IMG/VR virus record: IMGVR_UViG_3300042261_001929 | Coordinates: 1 to 64,000 of that record | DNA length: 64,000 nt | From: a virus | Strand: one strand, 5' to 3' | Part shown: positions 47,955-58,148 of the stretch, piece after piece | How positions within the stretch are numbered: the first letter of the stretch is position 1 | Layout of the letters: every line of letters starts with the position of its first letter | The notes under the pieces: model-generated | What the model saw: the letters and a program-made list of their open reading frames with translations, nothing else | Database searches by the model: none | What the model was told of the DNA's origin: nothing | Program-made: the position numbers and the translations under genes

Positions 47955-48285
47955 GTTATCAAACTGTTACTTAAAAATAAAATGGGTGGGGACACAAGAG
48001 GAGCTTGATATTAGAGATTGGTGTTATAGCTCTCACAAGCATCCGTCTAAAAAGAAGACCCAGCCCCTGAAGCATACACACAGCAAGTCACCCAATAAGA
48101 ATATATTGAAGGATCACACAACTTCGATTCGGTATTGCTTAGACTGTTGTAAAAAAACCATGTTCACACACAAAAAAGGCAACAAACATAGCAAATGCAG
48201 TGAATGTGGTAGCACCAGAAGCTCTAGAGGAAAACTAACTACAAAAATGAATGCAGTGTTTCATCCCAATCAGAGACGGGATTAA
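47944..48285 (+). CDS. Zinc-ribbon protein
   Basis: CLDC...HSKCSECG; GGTGA SD. Confidence 0.55.
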   Translation: MIIELSNCYLKIKWVGTQEELDIRDWCYSSHKHPSKKKTQPLKHTHSKSPNKNILKDHTTSIRYCLDCCKKTMFTHKKGNKHSKCSECGSTRSSRGKLTTKMNAVFHPNQRRD

Positions 48286-48288
48286 ATA

Positions 48289-48879
48289 CTAATTTTCATA
48301 TCTTTTATTTTTCCAAAGTCGCTTGCTAACTTGTCGATCTTCGCGCATAGGATAGGATCTTATTTTTCGCTCTTGTTCGCCTGCATCCTCTTGAAGCTCT
48401 TCTATTTCCGCTTCGATGTCTTCAAGCTGATCTTCCCATAATTTAATAGTTGCCTCTTCCTCACTCCCCTCCACAACAAACGTTTCGCGATATACTTCCA
48501 TAATTTTTTCAACAGATGTATAATCGTTTAAATATACAATACGAGAGGATGTAACATTCGGCAACTTTACACTATTAACCTTTCTTTTTCTTAACTTATC
48601 TTTTATATTATTATAGATATCTATTGGTATTGAAGCGAACTTATTATCATAACTATAGACAAAAACCTCATCAATGCTACGACATCTTATACAAAATTGA
48701 ATCTGATTTGCAAGCCCACCATCAAGGTTACTTTGAATGCTTTTTAACTTCCTGCCACATACCAAACAGCAATCATAAGGTTTGACATCTTCAGAAATTT
48801 TCGAAAAAAAGGATTTCAGGGCATCACCTTCTGACATTCGCTGGGCATGATACACATACGGACGTTGGTAGTGTATCAC
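48289..48879 (-). CDS. Hypothetical protein with zinc ribbon and coiled coil
   Basis: CLVCGRKL...CIRC. Confidence 0.5.
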   Translation of the reverse strand: MIHYQRPYVYHAQRMSEGDALKSFFSKISEDVKPYDCCLVCGRKLKSIQSNLDGGLANQIQFCIRCRSIDEVFVYSYDNKFASIPIDIYNNIKDKLRKRKVNSVKLPNVTSSRIVYLNDYTSVEKIMEVYRETFVVEGSEEEATIKLWEDQLEDIEAEIEELQEDAGEQERKIRSYPMREDRQVSKRLWKNKRYEN

Positions 48880-49210
48880 GATATCCAGTTACCCGATGCT
48901 GGGCGATCTGTCTTGTTTTGTTGTTCTCTTCGTACTGAGACACGTTTATACAGAAGGTATGTCCATTTACTTGTGGTATTATCCTATCCTTTTCTATCTC
49001 ACCAATATCGCAATCCCTTACCCCGACCTTATGAACTACGATATTAATCGTGGAATCCCCAACATGCTTTCGTACAATGAAGTCTAACTCCTTTCCATTG
49101 AAGTCAATGTACAATCTTCTTGGGTCCGTTACTTCTCTACCACGGCGGATAGCATGTTTCAAGTCCTCGGCCTCAAAGTTTCCTATATATGTCTTCACCA
49201 TGATTCTCAC
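48824..49210 (-). CDS. Hypothetical protein, paralogue of 49207..49608
   Basis: Shared Y.G...A.D...AI...RLY....GK.L.F...D.DIG..E.D...VNG. Confidence 0.6.
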   Translation of the reverse strand: MRIMVKTYIGNFEAEDLKHAIRRGREVTDPRRLYIDFNGKELDFIVRKHVGDSTINIVVHKVGVRDCDIGEIEKDRIIPQVNGHTFCINVSQYEENNKTRQIAQHRVTGYRDTLPTSVCVSCPANVRR

Positions 49211-49608
49211 CTATCATCGCCCACCGGACAGGCAATACAATGTCCATACCCCATCATTTCCTCAATTTCAGTTCTTCTGTTTCTATACCCTCGAATGGCC
49301 TCGTTATCAATATCCCTTCCTCGGATAGCGTTTTCGAAAGCTGGGATACTAAGACACACTGGAACTCCATTAACAGTATCAAGCTCGGCATCGCCAATGT
49401 CTGAGTCATTTACCGCAATCTCGCGAACTACGTGCTCTTTGATTGCATTAGATGCGTCTCTGGTTCTTCCTACGAATTGCAGTTTCTTTCCTTCCATTCT
49501 TAGGTACAACCGCTTTGCATTCGGATTTATATTTTTCATTGTTTTGATTGCATTATCGACATCACTTGCTCTGACATCACCGAGATACATTCTTACCTTA
49601 GACATCAT
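49207..49608 (-). CDS. Hypothetical protein, paralogue of 48824..49210
   Basis: Shares the motif above; GGTGA SD. Confidence 0.6.
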   Translation of the reverse strand: MMSKVRMYLGDVRASDVDNAIKTMKNINPNAKRLYLRMEGKKLQFVGRTRDASNAIKEHVVREIAVNDSDIGDAELDTVNGVPVCLSIPAFENAIRGRDIDNEAIRGYRNRRTEIEEMMGYGHCIACPVGDDR

Positions 49609-49658
49609 TTCTTTTCACCAAATCCAGAGGTGTATCAGTTCCTATTTATAGGTTTTGC

Positions 49659-50096
49659 TCACCAAAGGCCCCATGCCAATATACCGGCGCGGCCCATTAA
49701 TCTTTTATTCACTACATCCCTGATTATATCTTCATCAAATCTTCCATCACCATCAATAACAGGATACGTTGAAAATGGTCCATGCTCCCTAAATTTAACA
49801 GTATTTCCACAAATGATGTCTACAAATGCTTCGCGACCCTTTTCATCTAACTGAGATAAAATCAATTCAAACGCCTTCACAATATCAGCTTCTTGTGCTG
49901 CTGCTCTCGCGCATTTCTCAGAGCAGTAAATGTCTTCATCATAGATAAAGTCATATCCACAGCTCACACAATGATGATATTTTCCACCACAGTTTTGACA
50001 CACATTATTCTGTTCCATTTTTTTCTCCCCACACAATTCTAAGATATGCAGTACTAATCCGTGATAAAAATTCAGAGTAAGGTATAATATTTCCAT
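49659..50096 (-). CDS. Cys-rich hypothetical protein (likely starts at MEQNN)
   Basis: CQNCG..YH.C.SC...YCSEKC. Confidence 0.5.
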   Translation of the reverse strand: MEILYLTLNFYHGLVLHILELCGEKKMEQNNVCQNCGGKYHHCVSCGYDFIYDEDIYCSEKCARAAAQEADIVKAFELILSQLDEKGREAFVDIICGNTVKFREHGPFSTYPVIDGDGRFDEDIIRDVVNKRLMGRAGILAWGLW

Positions 50097-50286
50097 CTTT
50101 TTCTCTGCATGTTATAAAATCATGATCAAAAAACAGGTGAAACTCTACATCCTCTTTTGAATAAAATTCATCCCCACACGCTTCACATATGAAACACCGG
50201 TCGTCATCCGCTAATGTCTCATAAGCCTCACTGATTGCTATTTCCATTGGATCTTTTATGACTCCAATTCTTTCACTGTCTTCCAT
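50005..50286 (-). CDS. C2H2 zinc-finger protein
   Basis: FICEACGDEFYSKEDVEFHLFFDH. Confidence 0.55.
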   Translation of the reverse strand: MEDSERIGVIKDPMEIAISEAYETLADDDRCFICEACGDEFYSKEDVEFHLFFDHDFITCREKDGNIIPYSEFLSRISTAYLRIVWGEKNGTE

Positions 50287-50740
50287 TTCATATCCCTTAT
50301 ATTTTCAGCTTCATGAATTAATTCATTTTCATAAGGACCATAATATTTTAGGTCCAATATTCTGCTTCGCTTAACAAACGATTCACAGTTGCGATTTTCA
50401 ACTTCAACTAAAATTCCTGTATGCCTTCTATACTCAAATGATTGATAATCAAATTCAGTTACATATAAAATCCAGATGGAGTCGTCATCTATTTCGTCTC
50501 TCCATATTTCTTTGAGAGAGTAACCATCGCTCTCCCAAAGAAAAATTAGTCCACTCAATCTCAACTGTGATTTAGAAGTTTGGTCTCTTGTATTCGGCAT
50601 CATTGTATCCCAACTCCTCAAACCAATTCTTCCCAAACCTTTCTTCAAGCAGTTTTACTTCCCTTCTGCTAAGGTCTTCAGGAAGCAAACCACCATTCAT
50701 GTTTAACAAAAGGTTCGTTGTATCATCAATTTCCAATATT

Positions 50741-51019
50741 CTATCTCCTGCTAGCTCTCTGTTTTTCAACCAAATCAAACATTGGACTTATCACTTTAGG
50801 CACATTAATCTCGATGATCGTTTTATCACTTTTCATCTTATTTAACATGTATTGATGAATAAATGACCTCGTTGTTGATTCTATTCCATCAAAATCAACA
50901 ACGACAATACTTGCGTCTGAGTTGTTTATATCTTCATTGAAAACGTCATCAGCACTGCCTCTAAATGCTAAGTTTGGCGATACCTTCTCTCTTAGTAAAA
51001 TTTTAATTTCATTAACCAT
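50741..51019 (-). CDS. STAS-like DUF4325-type protein
   Basis: L..R.SA..VF...VVVDFDGIE.TTRSF.HQY. Confidence 0.65.
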   Translation of the reverse strand: MVNEIKILLREKVSPNLAFRGSADDVFNEDINNSDASIVVVDFDGIESTTRSFIHQYMLNKMKSDKTIIEINVPKVISPMFDLVEKQRASRR

Positions 51020-51042
51020 AATTTATCACACAAAAAAATGAT

Positions 51043-51471
51043 TTAAGCCTGTGCTCGACGGCTCGTGCTTAAACCTCTTCCCGCTTCAAGAATTGGCAAC
51101 TGTGCTTCCGTTGGTACATATACAATTTCTTTGTCTGCATCAGTTCCGATCTTCTCTGTTATCCAGAGATAGTCCAAATACACTGAATTGTTCTTAAGAG
51201 AGTCACCTATAATTTGATTTGACTGTGCAACTCCTCTTGCCCTCGTTATTTCCGCCTGTGCTAAATAAGTTGCGCTTTCGTTTTTTGCATTTGCCTCAGT
51301 CACAGCAATCATACGAGAGCTTTGGGCCTCTGCCAATCTTGCCTTTCCTGCTTGCTCAGACGACCATACGTTATACAATGGTAGTGCAATCGCGAGCGCA
51401 ACCAAGACGCCGATTACGACCGCGACCGTACCAATTATCATTCCCGTTGATACTTCACCATTTGTTTTCAT
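51043..51471 (-). CDS. SPFH/stomatin-like membrane protein, short form
   Basis: TM helix then AEITRARGVAQSNQIIGDSL...YL.YLWI...YVPTEAQLPILEAGR. Confidence 0.7.
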   Translation of the reverse strand: MKTNGEVSTGMIIGTVAVVIGVLVALAIALPLYNVWSSEQAGKARLAEAQSSRMIAVTEANAKNESATYLAQAEITRARGVAQSNQIIGDSLKNNSVYLDYLWITEKIGTDADKEIVYVPTEAQLPILEAGRGLSTSRRAQA

Positions 51472-53650
51472 CTATATCGCTTTCCTTTTCCAAATACTTG
51501 TTACCCAACAATTTTATCACGGAATCAATATGTATGCTCAATAGTGCTTCGCGCACACCTACGGATTCACCTGATCTCATCTTGAATAATATTGGACTAT
51601 ATTTATACTTTACTGCTTTTAAAGCGAACTCTTTCTGATCATCGATATCACATATTCCCTTGTATGTTTCCTCGATTTCACGTACAAGTGACTCATACAC
51701 ACATTTTGCATATTCAAACTTGTCAATAAACATCGGGAAATATGCTAACAGTTCATCGCTTTCGTTTCTCCGTACTACATCCATTATTTTTCTTGGTGTG
51801 ATGCCATTTTTCAAATGGTGTAGGGCCACGTATTTAGGGGCCTTTAACTTTACCCTGTTGAAGTCCTTGTCCCTTATAACAAAACCTTCATACTTTGCGG
51901 GGTCGAGCTTTGCACATGCCTCTACAACCTCGTCTAGGGTGCCTAAATCGAAGGATCTTACGATATCCCAATCATATTGAAGCCCGATCTCTGGATCGAC
52001 TTCTTTGAGGGTTTTAAGGCTTCTGACACCATGCAATACCAGCTTTGGATCATCATATGATACCACGATCTGATTTAGGGGTGTACACATCTCAAACATG
52101 TAGGTATATCCTTCTTCAGGCAATTTATACCCCATTTTGGTAAATAGTTTCCAGAACATATGGCTAAATGTGTCCTTTCCCATTGGTGTCATACTAGCCA
52201 TACCATCGGGAGTACCCGATGTTCCTGCATACCATATTCCATCGTAATTATATAACTGCATCATTGAATTATGTACAAATATTCCATTTGCCATATAGTT
52301 CCCTGTCGTTGTTTGTATATCATATCCCACCCTTCCTGCCGGAAATTCTTTTTTGGTCAGTTTGGGATAAGATATACTGTTCACTTCTATTTTTATGGGT
52401 ACATATTCTTCCTTTCTACTTAATGTATCCATGATATATGGCACGTTTTGAAACCCCTTTGGTAACTTATAACGCAACCCATGTGGTATATATGGAGATA
52501 TAGACTCCCAGAATCTATTTATTTCTCCACAACGTCCTGAATTTATTCGAATGTTCCACCCTTTCGATTGATATACAGTAACATCAACTGAAAATGTTTT
52601 CCTAAGATGATCTGCCAATCTATTGACATCATTTTCAGCAAACCCATTTGTCGCAAATAAGGCACGATCCGCCTGTTTGCTATTATGAGCTAAACTCCCA
52701 TCATCCATGTACCACTTCGCGAATGAAAATGCATCCATCCAATCAATATTAGATGGTATGCACTTTTTTCTTCCATTTGGGTACCACTCATCTCTTAACG
52801 TTTTTAATATCCGATATGTCTTTGAAGTAATTTGGGTTATATCAGAACCATATCCAGATATGATCTTTCGTGAACTGAGATATGAATCACCCAAGTATTG
52901 TTTTGCCATATCCTCGAAATCGGGATATTTTGATAAGTGCCCCTCTTGAAATTTACAGTTTGTACCATTATAAATTATGCTTCCATCACCGAGCAGCGAT
53001 GATCGTATATAATGCATAGCTGCCTTGTGTGGTGACAACAACACAGATGTTAATATATCGTCTGTTTGGATATTACTTGCTAATTTGTAGCATCCGTTAT
53101 TATAAATTTCATGATTTGTTGTGACCCGAAGTCTCTTAGATGACATATTTTTATGTGGTCCGGGTCTGTCTTTTAAATTGATGTCTACCCAATTTGTTCT
53201 TCCCTTAGACTTTGACCTTCCAATAACATATGTTGGTACGGGATTTCCGTTAGAGTCAATACCAATTAGCTTCGGAGACAGTGATTTGTTAACGATGTCA
53301 CCAATTTTAACTATGCCACCATCCCATAAATTCAATGACGTGTCGTAATAAAAACAACCATCAAGCTTTTCTAATATGCTCGCGGTACTCCAGTCTATAG
53401 GAGCAGCATGTCCCTCATGCACATTGAAGAATTTCTTATAAGGATAAGATATTACTCTCCAATCCTTATCGCGATCCAATATGATCCCTCTACATTCTTG
53501 TACTAAAGGATCGCCCAATGGTGAATCGATTTGACCATACTTAAATGAAATCAAATTCGGATGAGAGGTATGGGATCTGGATTTTATTCCATACTTAATC
53601 CCCAGATCTCCAATAGAACCAGACCGCAAAAATTCTTGAATTTTCAACAT
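51455..53650 (-). CDS. T4 Rnl1-like RNA ligase containing an intein
   Basis: ECRGIIL, YPYKKFFN, EKLDG|S, FEM, EGFV, KLK motifs. Confidence 0.88.
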   Translation of the reverse strand: MLKIQEFLRSGSIGDLGIKYGIKSRSHTSHPNLISFKYGQIDSPLGDPLVQECRGIILDRDKDWRVISYPYKKFFNVHEGHAAPIDWSTASILEKLDGCFYYDTSLNLWDGGIVKIGDIVNKSLSPKLIGIDSNGNPVPTYVIGRSKSKGRTNWVDINLKDRPGPHKNMSSKRLRVTTNHEIYNNGCYKLASNIQTDDILTSVLLSPHKAAMHYIRSSLLGDGSIIYNGTNCKFQEGHLSKYPDFEDMAKQYLGDSYLSSRKIISGYGSDITQITSKTYRILKTLRDEWYPNGRKKCIPSNIDWMDAFSFAKWYMDDGSLAHNSKQADRALFATNGFAENDVNRLADHLRKTFSVDVTVYQSKGWNIRINSGRCGEINRFWESISPYIPHGLRYKLPKGFQNVPYIMDTLSRKEEYVPIKIEVNSISYPKLTKKEFPAGRVGYDIQTTTGNYMANGIFVHNSMMQLYNYDGIWYAGTSGTPDGMASMTPMGKDTFSHMFWKLFTKMGYKLPEEGYTYMFEMCTPLNQIVVSYDDPKLVLHGVRSLKTLKEVDPEIGLQYDWDIVRSFDLGTLDEVVEACAKLDPAKYEGFVIRDKDFNRVKLKAPKYVALHHLKNGITPRKIMDVVRRNESDELLAYFPMFIDKFEYAKCVYESLVREIEETYKGICDIDDQKEFALKAVKYKYSPILFKMRSGESVGVREALLSIHIDSVIKLLGNKYLEKESDIDENKW
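52268..53356 (-). mobile_element. Intein (363 aa) with LAGLIDADG homing endonuclease
   Basis: Starts CFYYDT after EKLDG and ends FVHN|S. Block B VTTNH; LAGLIDADG blocks LLGDGS and WYMDDG. Confidence 0.92.
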
Positions 53651-54036
53651 CTTCGTCCTCTCCTCTCCTCATCAAATAACTTCTTTATCTCAGTCCGTGC
53701 TATAATTGAAATTATAGATGCAACAACAACTACACATGCCATTATATATGAACCTATCGATCGGGCATATGCATCCCCATACAAACAAGATGATATTGCT
53801 AACACGCTGAATGATCCTGTGGCAATAAGACCCAGCCATGCCATTATTAAATCACTATCGCTATATAAATAGGACGGCCTGAATAACATTTGGAGCAAGG
53901 CAATAACAAAAATCGCCGTACCAACGCATAGTAAAACAGCGGATTCACAAAATGCTGCAAAAAATATGATTAAGATGGCTATCCCTACAGTGCTGGGTGC
54001 ATCATTTCGCGATTTATCAAGAGCAAAAATTTTCAT
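53644..54036 (-). CDS. Four-TM membrane protein
   Basis: Hydrophobic segments; GAGGAG SD. Confidence 0.55.
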   Translation of the reverse strand: MKIFALDKSRNDAPSTVGIAILIIFFAAFCESAVLLCVGTAIFVIALLQMLFRPSYLYSDSDLIMAWLGLIATGSFSVLAISSCLYGDAYARSIGSYIMACVVVVASIISIIARTEIKKLFDEERRGRRC

Positions 54037-54063
54037 TTTCTTCTCCTCAATATGAAAACGGTA

Positions 54064-54399
54064 TCAATCTTTCCAAAGGCGTTCTTCCAACTCTTGGATG
54101 TCTTTGTCAATCTTCTCTTGAAACTCTTTCGACTTAAAATACTTTCCAAATCCGGATTCATTCCACCATTTTTCTCTATCTTCGCGATATTTCATCAGCT
54201 CAGGATAAGACAAATATCTTCTACCCCTGCAAGCATGGCACCTCTCAGGTATCCCGCCAATAAAATTTGGATCGTTAGGAGTCTGGCATATCATGTCAGC
54301 AATGCTCCCACCCTCATCCCCCGTACCCTCACACGGAATCAATCTAAGCGTATCGTCATTGATCATCATCTTTTCTCCGATAATAGTATATGTAATCAA
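54064..54399 (-). CDS. Hypothetical protein with DnaJ-like Cys motifs
   Basis: CEGTG...CHACRG. Confidence 0.5.
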   Translation of the reverse strand: MITYTIIGEKMMINDDTLRLIPCEGTGDEGGSIADMICQTPNDPNFIGGIPERCHACRGRRYLSYPELMKYREDREKWWNESGFGKYFKSKEFQEKIDKDIQELEERLWKD

Positions 54400-54865
54400 C
54401 TTTTGAAGGTGTTACAATAATGGCCTCGTCCTCACCCTCAATAACCAGCAAACCATCAGATCTAAAACCGGCTGCGACTTCCCTCGCAGAAAGCTTTGGC
54501 ATCTTGATGGTAAAACTATCATCATCTGTATACACATCGACATACGGTATGCCCCTACTTTGTGGTATTATATTTCCCTCATCACACTTGTTAATGTCTC
54601 TTTTGAGATAGGTTCTATATGCCCGCAGTCTCAAAACATCATTATCAATAGATATTAATGAGGTGTACACGTCTTTAGGTATTCTTATCCATGCTTTGTA
54701 ACACTTCGTGAACTCGATATCAAACTTGCTACTCTTGTCGTTCCACCGAAGGTAGGCATAATTACAATCACAAGACCCCGTTCCACCCATCGACATTTCG
54801 TTATCAATTTCCGTACCTGTGGCCAGTCTTCCACAGCTCTCACAAACAAAAAATTTTTCTTCCAT
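54356..54865 (-). CDS. Hypothetical protein with zinc ribbon
   Basis: CESCG...CDC. Confidence 0.55.
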   Translation of the reverse strand: MEEKFFVCESCGRLATGTEIDNEMSMGGTGSCDCNYAYLRWNDKSSKFDIEFTKCYKAWIRIPKDVYTSLISIDNDVLRLRAYRTYLKRDINKCDEGNIIPQSRGIPYVDVYTDDDSFTIKMPKLSAREVAAGFRSDGLLVIEGEDEAIIVTPSKVDYIYYYRRKDDDQ

Positions 54866-54881
54866 AATAATACATTCCCCT

Positions 54882-55292
54882 CTAATACAACTTAGAAATC
54901 TCTTCTAACCGTTGTCTATCAAGCTCACTCAATGCGGTCTTTTCCCAAAAGTCGAGAAGCGCACTGGGTGTTACGATTTTTAATAGCAAGTTGTCTCTAA
55001 TATCAGCAACCTTACGTTCGGTATCATCATCGTAGCCCCATTCAGTGTATTCACTTAGGAGTTTATGAACTTCATACGCACTATCAGATCCGCTCATAGA
55101 AAAATGTCTAAGAATATCCGATAGGCGCAACCCAATTGGAAGCTTTTTATCAAGTGACTTAAAATCCCTGAATTGATCTTTGATCTTCTCTCTTTCTTTG
55201 CGGTATCGAGCATTGATCTCAACTTCCTTGTCTGTCCTTCGTCTGATTATTTCGGCTTTCAGATCGGAACACGAATAACTACTAAGATCCAT
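54882..55292 (-). CDS. Hypothetical protein, paralogue of 55308..55697
   Basis: Shared DLSSYSCSDL...FRDFK..D.K.P.GL.L.D...DFWEK..L.EL...KLY. Confidence 0.65.
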   Translation of the reverse strand: MDLSSYSCSDLKAEIIRRRTDKEVEINARYRKEREKIKDQFRDFKSLDKKLPIGLRLSDILRHFSMSGSDSAYEVHKLLSEYTEWGYDDDTERKVADIRDNLLLKIVTPSALLDFWEKTALSELDRQRLEEISKLY

Positions 55293-55307
55293 TTTAATTC
55301 TTCCTAA

Positions 55308-55697
55308 TCAATATAACTTAACAATTTCGTTCTTTCGCTTTCTTTCAAGCTCTTCCAGAACCGATTTCTCCCAAAAATCTAGGATAAGTTTCGGTGTTAT
55401 TTCTTTGAATCGAATGCTTATAAAGGTTTTTGATGTCGATCGATCAAAGTTTTCAGTATATTCAACCAGATGACTTTCGAGATAGTGTCTTAGAATATCA
55501 TTGTTAAACTCTGGCAGATCTAACAAGGAAAGACCCTCCGGCATTTTTCTATCAATCTTCTTGAAATCGCGAAACGCCTCTAATATCCTGTTTTTCTCCA
55601 TAGAAAATTTAGCATTGATCTCTTCTTCTTTTGCCTTTCTACGGGCCACAATTTCCTTCTGTAGATCAGAACACGAATAACTACTAAGATCGACCAT
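55308..55697 (-). CDS. Hypothetical protein, paralogue of 54882..55292
   Basis: Shares the motif above. Confidence 0.65.
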   Translation of the reverse strand: MVDLSSYSCSDLQKEIVARRKAKEEEINAKFSMEKNRILEAFRDFKKIDRKMPEGLSLLDLPEFNNDILRHYLESHLVEYTENFDRSTSKTFISIRFKEITPKLILDFWEKSVLEELERKRKNEIVKLY

Positions 55698-55699
55698 AA

Positions 55700-56149
55700 C
55701 TACCTTACCTCCGAATTAAATTCCATGAGTTCGTTGAGTTTAAATACCATAACACTGTATTGATTAAGCAGCTCTAACCCCTTAATATCACTTGGATATT
55801 CCTCTAAATATATTACTGATCTTATTCCAGACTGTAATATCATTTTGGAACAGTGATAGCAGGGTTGTAATGTAGTATACATTGAAGATCCAATAGTTGA
55901 AATACCATACATCGCGCATGAAATGATAGCGTTTTCTTCTGCATGTAATGCGTGACACTCCCATAAGTTCCCAGGATCTTTTTCACATTTCTCACAATGG
56001 GCGACTCCGCTAGGCACGCCGTTATAACCAAGGGCAATAACTCGCTTATCCTGAACTATGGCAGTTCCCACCTTTCTAGATTGACAATTGCTTTTCATCG
56101 CAGCAACTTTTGCAATCTCCATAAAATAATTGTGCCAAGAAATCGTCAT
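55700..56149 (-). CDS. dCMP deaminase
   Basis: YFMEIA...SNC..RKVG...GYNG.PSG..HC...HAEENAI...PCYHC. Confidence 0.88.
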   Translation of the reverse strand: MTISWHNYFMEIAKVAAMKSNCQSRKVGTAIVQDKRVIALGYNGVPSGVAHCEKCEKDPGNLWECHALHAEENAIISCAMYGISTIGSSMYTTLQPCYHCSKMILQSGIRSVIYLEEYPSDIKGLELLNQYSVMVFKLNELMEFNSEVR

Positions 56150-56244
56150 GCTTGGATGATGTATCGTGGAAATATTTATAGTTTTTGGTATTCTATTATT
56201 AGAAAATTATTATAAAAAAAGATTTAGAAGGTAAAAGAGTTTCT

Positions 56245-57012
56245 TCACCTTCTTAGTGGCCGTGGACAATTTGTGCTATAGACGACCCTCTTTTCCGGCA
56301 ACGGCTTCGGTATGTACTCATTCTCAGAGACAATCAATCTGAGGTAAATGGTAGTTGCAGGTTCGTTATGCTCCAAGTCGTCAACAGTGACAAAGTTTTG
56401 GTCCGAGTGACCACTCAATCCTGTTCCAGCTACACTCAATGATTCAGATTGAGGGATAGCACAGCTCTTTGATACACATCTTGATCTCGTAAGAGATGCC
56501 GACTTTATACCACTATAGCCACCATCATGACAACAGTTATAACTCAAACTCACATGATTGCTGAACGGGTCATAGTCAGTATGATCACTGGTAGTGATAT
56601 TGAACGGTGAGATTGGCTGTTCATAGAAGTTATTGATCACGATTGGTGCTCTATAAACTTCTTTTACTTTTCCTGGACGGAAAACCGCCTTTATGACACC
56701 GGTTTCACTATCAAACTCACACAACTCAGCCCGATTCCCTTCCCATGAATTTGCCTTATATGCTGTGAACCTTCCGCTATCATTAGCAGACCTCTCAAGA
56801 TACATGGTCTGACCATATCGCAATCGATAGGTTCCGATGAACTTCCCGTCAATGTAAATATCGACATCGGCAGGTTGACATCCAAACGGTCCCTTGTGAC
56901 TGTTATGTAGTCTTAAGCTGTACTGTTGCCCGTGATTCATTTTTACGTAGCCATCACAGGTCTCTTCTTTACATCCAGATACACTGAATCTGAATCCATT
57001 TAGTTCTGACAT
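56245..57012 (-). CDS. Hypothetical protein
   Basis: YSLRLHN...IDGK...LER...GRF...GVIKAVF...AGTGLSGHSDQNF. Confidence 0.6.
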   Translation of the reverse strand: MSELNGFRFSVSGCKEETCDGYVKMNHGQQYSLRLHNSHKGPFGCQPADVDIYIDGKFIGTYRLRYGQTMYLERSANDSGRFTAYKANSWEGNRAELCEFDSETGVIKAVFRPGKVKEVYRAPIVINNFYEQPISPFNITTSDHTDYDPFSNHVSLSYNCCHDGGYSGIKSASLTRSRCVSKSCAIPQSESLSVAGTGLSGHSDQNFVTVDDLEHNEPATTIYLRLIVSENEYIPKPLPEKRVVYSTNCPRPLRR

Positions 57013-57126
57013 TTTTTTATTCTCCCTAGAAAGAACCTTTTCGGTTCAATCGGATTTCGAAAGAAAACCGAGAATCACATCCTCGATTTTCAAAGTGAGG
57101 TTTCCGAGTCGGACGGAACAAAACCA

Positions 57127-57342
57127 CTATCCCCACACCACCTTGAAGATTTCATAAAGTGGAATCAGCATCATAATCGATATGCATACAATCGCGAATG
57201 CTGCAATCCAGTATACAAAATCTCTTGTTTCGGTAGCACATCGTATTATTAACTTCGTGCCAATGAATATATAGTAATATGCCACGGTGACAAGTATGAC
57301 TCCCATAGCACACGCAATTTGCTCCATCATATTCATGCCCAT
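57127..57342 (-). CDS. Small membrane protein
   Basis: Two TM segments. Confidence 0.45.
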   Translation of the reverse strand: MGMNMMEQIACAMGVILVTVAYYYIFIGTKLIIRCATETRDFVYWIAAFAIVCISIMMLIPLYEIFKVVWG

Positions 57343-57553
57343 ACGATACTCAATACTTTTCCTGACAGTATCAGGAGAACCAAGTCAAAGGCCACCATGA
57401 GGGTGAATACCAATAATCGGATCATTCCGAGTCCTTGTCCCATCCTGTTCATGAGATATATTATATACACAAATACGATATTCATCAATATGACACATAT
57501 CGATGCGAATATTGCATAGCCAATGAACATATCTACCTCTTTTTGGTTTTTTA

Positions 57554-57637
57554 CGCCAGCCGTCTGATTCGAACAGACAAGACCCTTGCGGGCCAACGGT
57601 TTTCAAGACCGTCGCAGTACCATTGTGCCAGGCTGGC
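57554..57637 (-). tRNA. tRNA-Ser(TGA)
   Basis: Anticodon arm ACGGT-CTTGAAA-ACCGT, long variable arm, G73. Confidence 0.88.
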
Positions 57638-57717
57638 ATCCTGCCTGATGTCTCACTATCTTACTATACATTCTGATAGTATTTAAGCTTTTTGGTTTGA
57701 AGCGTCGGTGAAGAGAT

Positions 57718-58137
57718 TCATCTTACTATGTAATCCTTGCCATAATTATGGTTATTTCCGTTGTTTGTTTTTGTCGGATCAATCCTTATCGTAAGGCATC
57801 TATGCCCCTCAATCCGATCTATTGGGATCTTATATAAATTACCATCTGTCATACAGTATACCCAAATTTCATCGATCTCGTCAGATGTATAATATTTGCG
57901 AACATTTTCGTACTTGTTACTGTTTAACGAAAACCCACTAACTTTAATCGTGCCATTCTTCTTGGCTATGTTTTTAACTTGGATTCTAGTAAAATTTCCA
58001 TCCTTTTCCGATACTAGATCATATCTATTGTTGTCTCCAAATGGAATCGACACATTATATCCATTATAGAGTAGATATTCCAGAACCTTTATTACACCAA
58101 TATCACCCTTGCGTTTCGTGTTCATAATATTATTCAT
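57718..58137 (-). CDS. PD-(D/E)XK endonuclease of the I-Ssp6803I-like homing family, free-standing between two tRNA-Ser genes
   Basis: TKRKGDIG...VSIPFGDN.RYDLV...RIQVK...YT.DEID. Start reassigned to 58137 to avoid the tRNA. Confidence 0.8.
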   Translation of the reverse strand: MNNIMNTKRKGDIGVIKVLEYLLYNGYNVSIPFGDNNRYDLVSEKDGNFTRIQVKNIAKKNGTIKVSGFSLNSNKYENVRKYYTSDEIDEIWVYCMTDGNLYKIPIDRIEGHRCLTIRIDPTKTNNGNNHNYGKDYIVR

Positions 58138-58148
58138 CCCAACAAACA

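Noticed and set aside
55700-56149. Deaminase as a TadA-like A34 tRNA editor
   Set aside because: The motifs (S.C..RKVG, GYNG.PSG..HC, HAE.NAI) fit dCMP deaminase rather than TadA.
57640-58148. Group I intron around the PD-(D/E)XK ORF
   Set aside because: Both flanking tRNAs are complete, and there is too little non-coding sequence for a ribozyme core.
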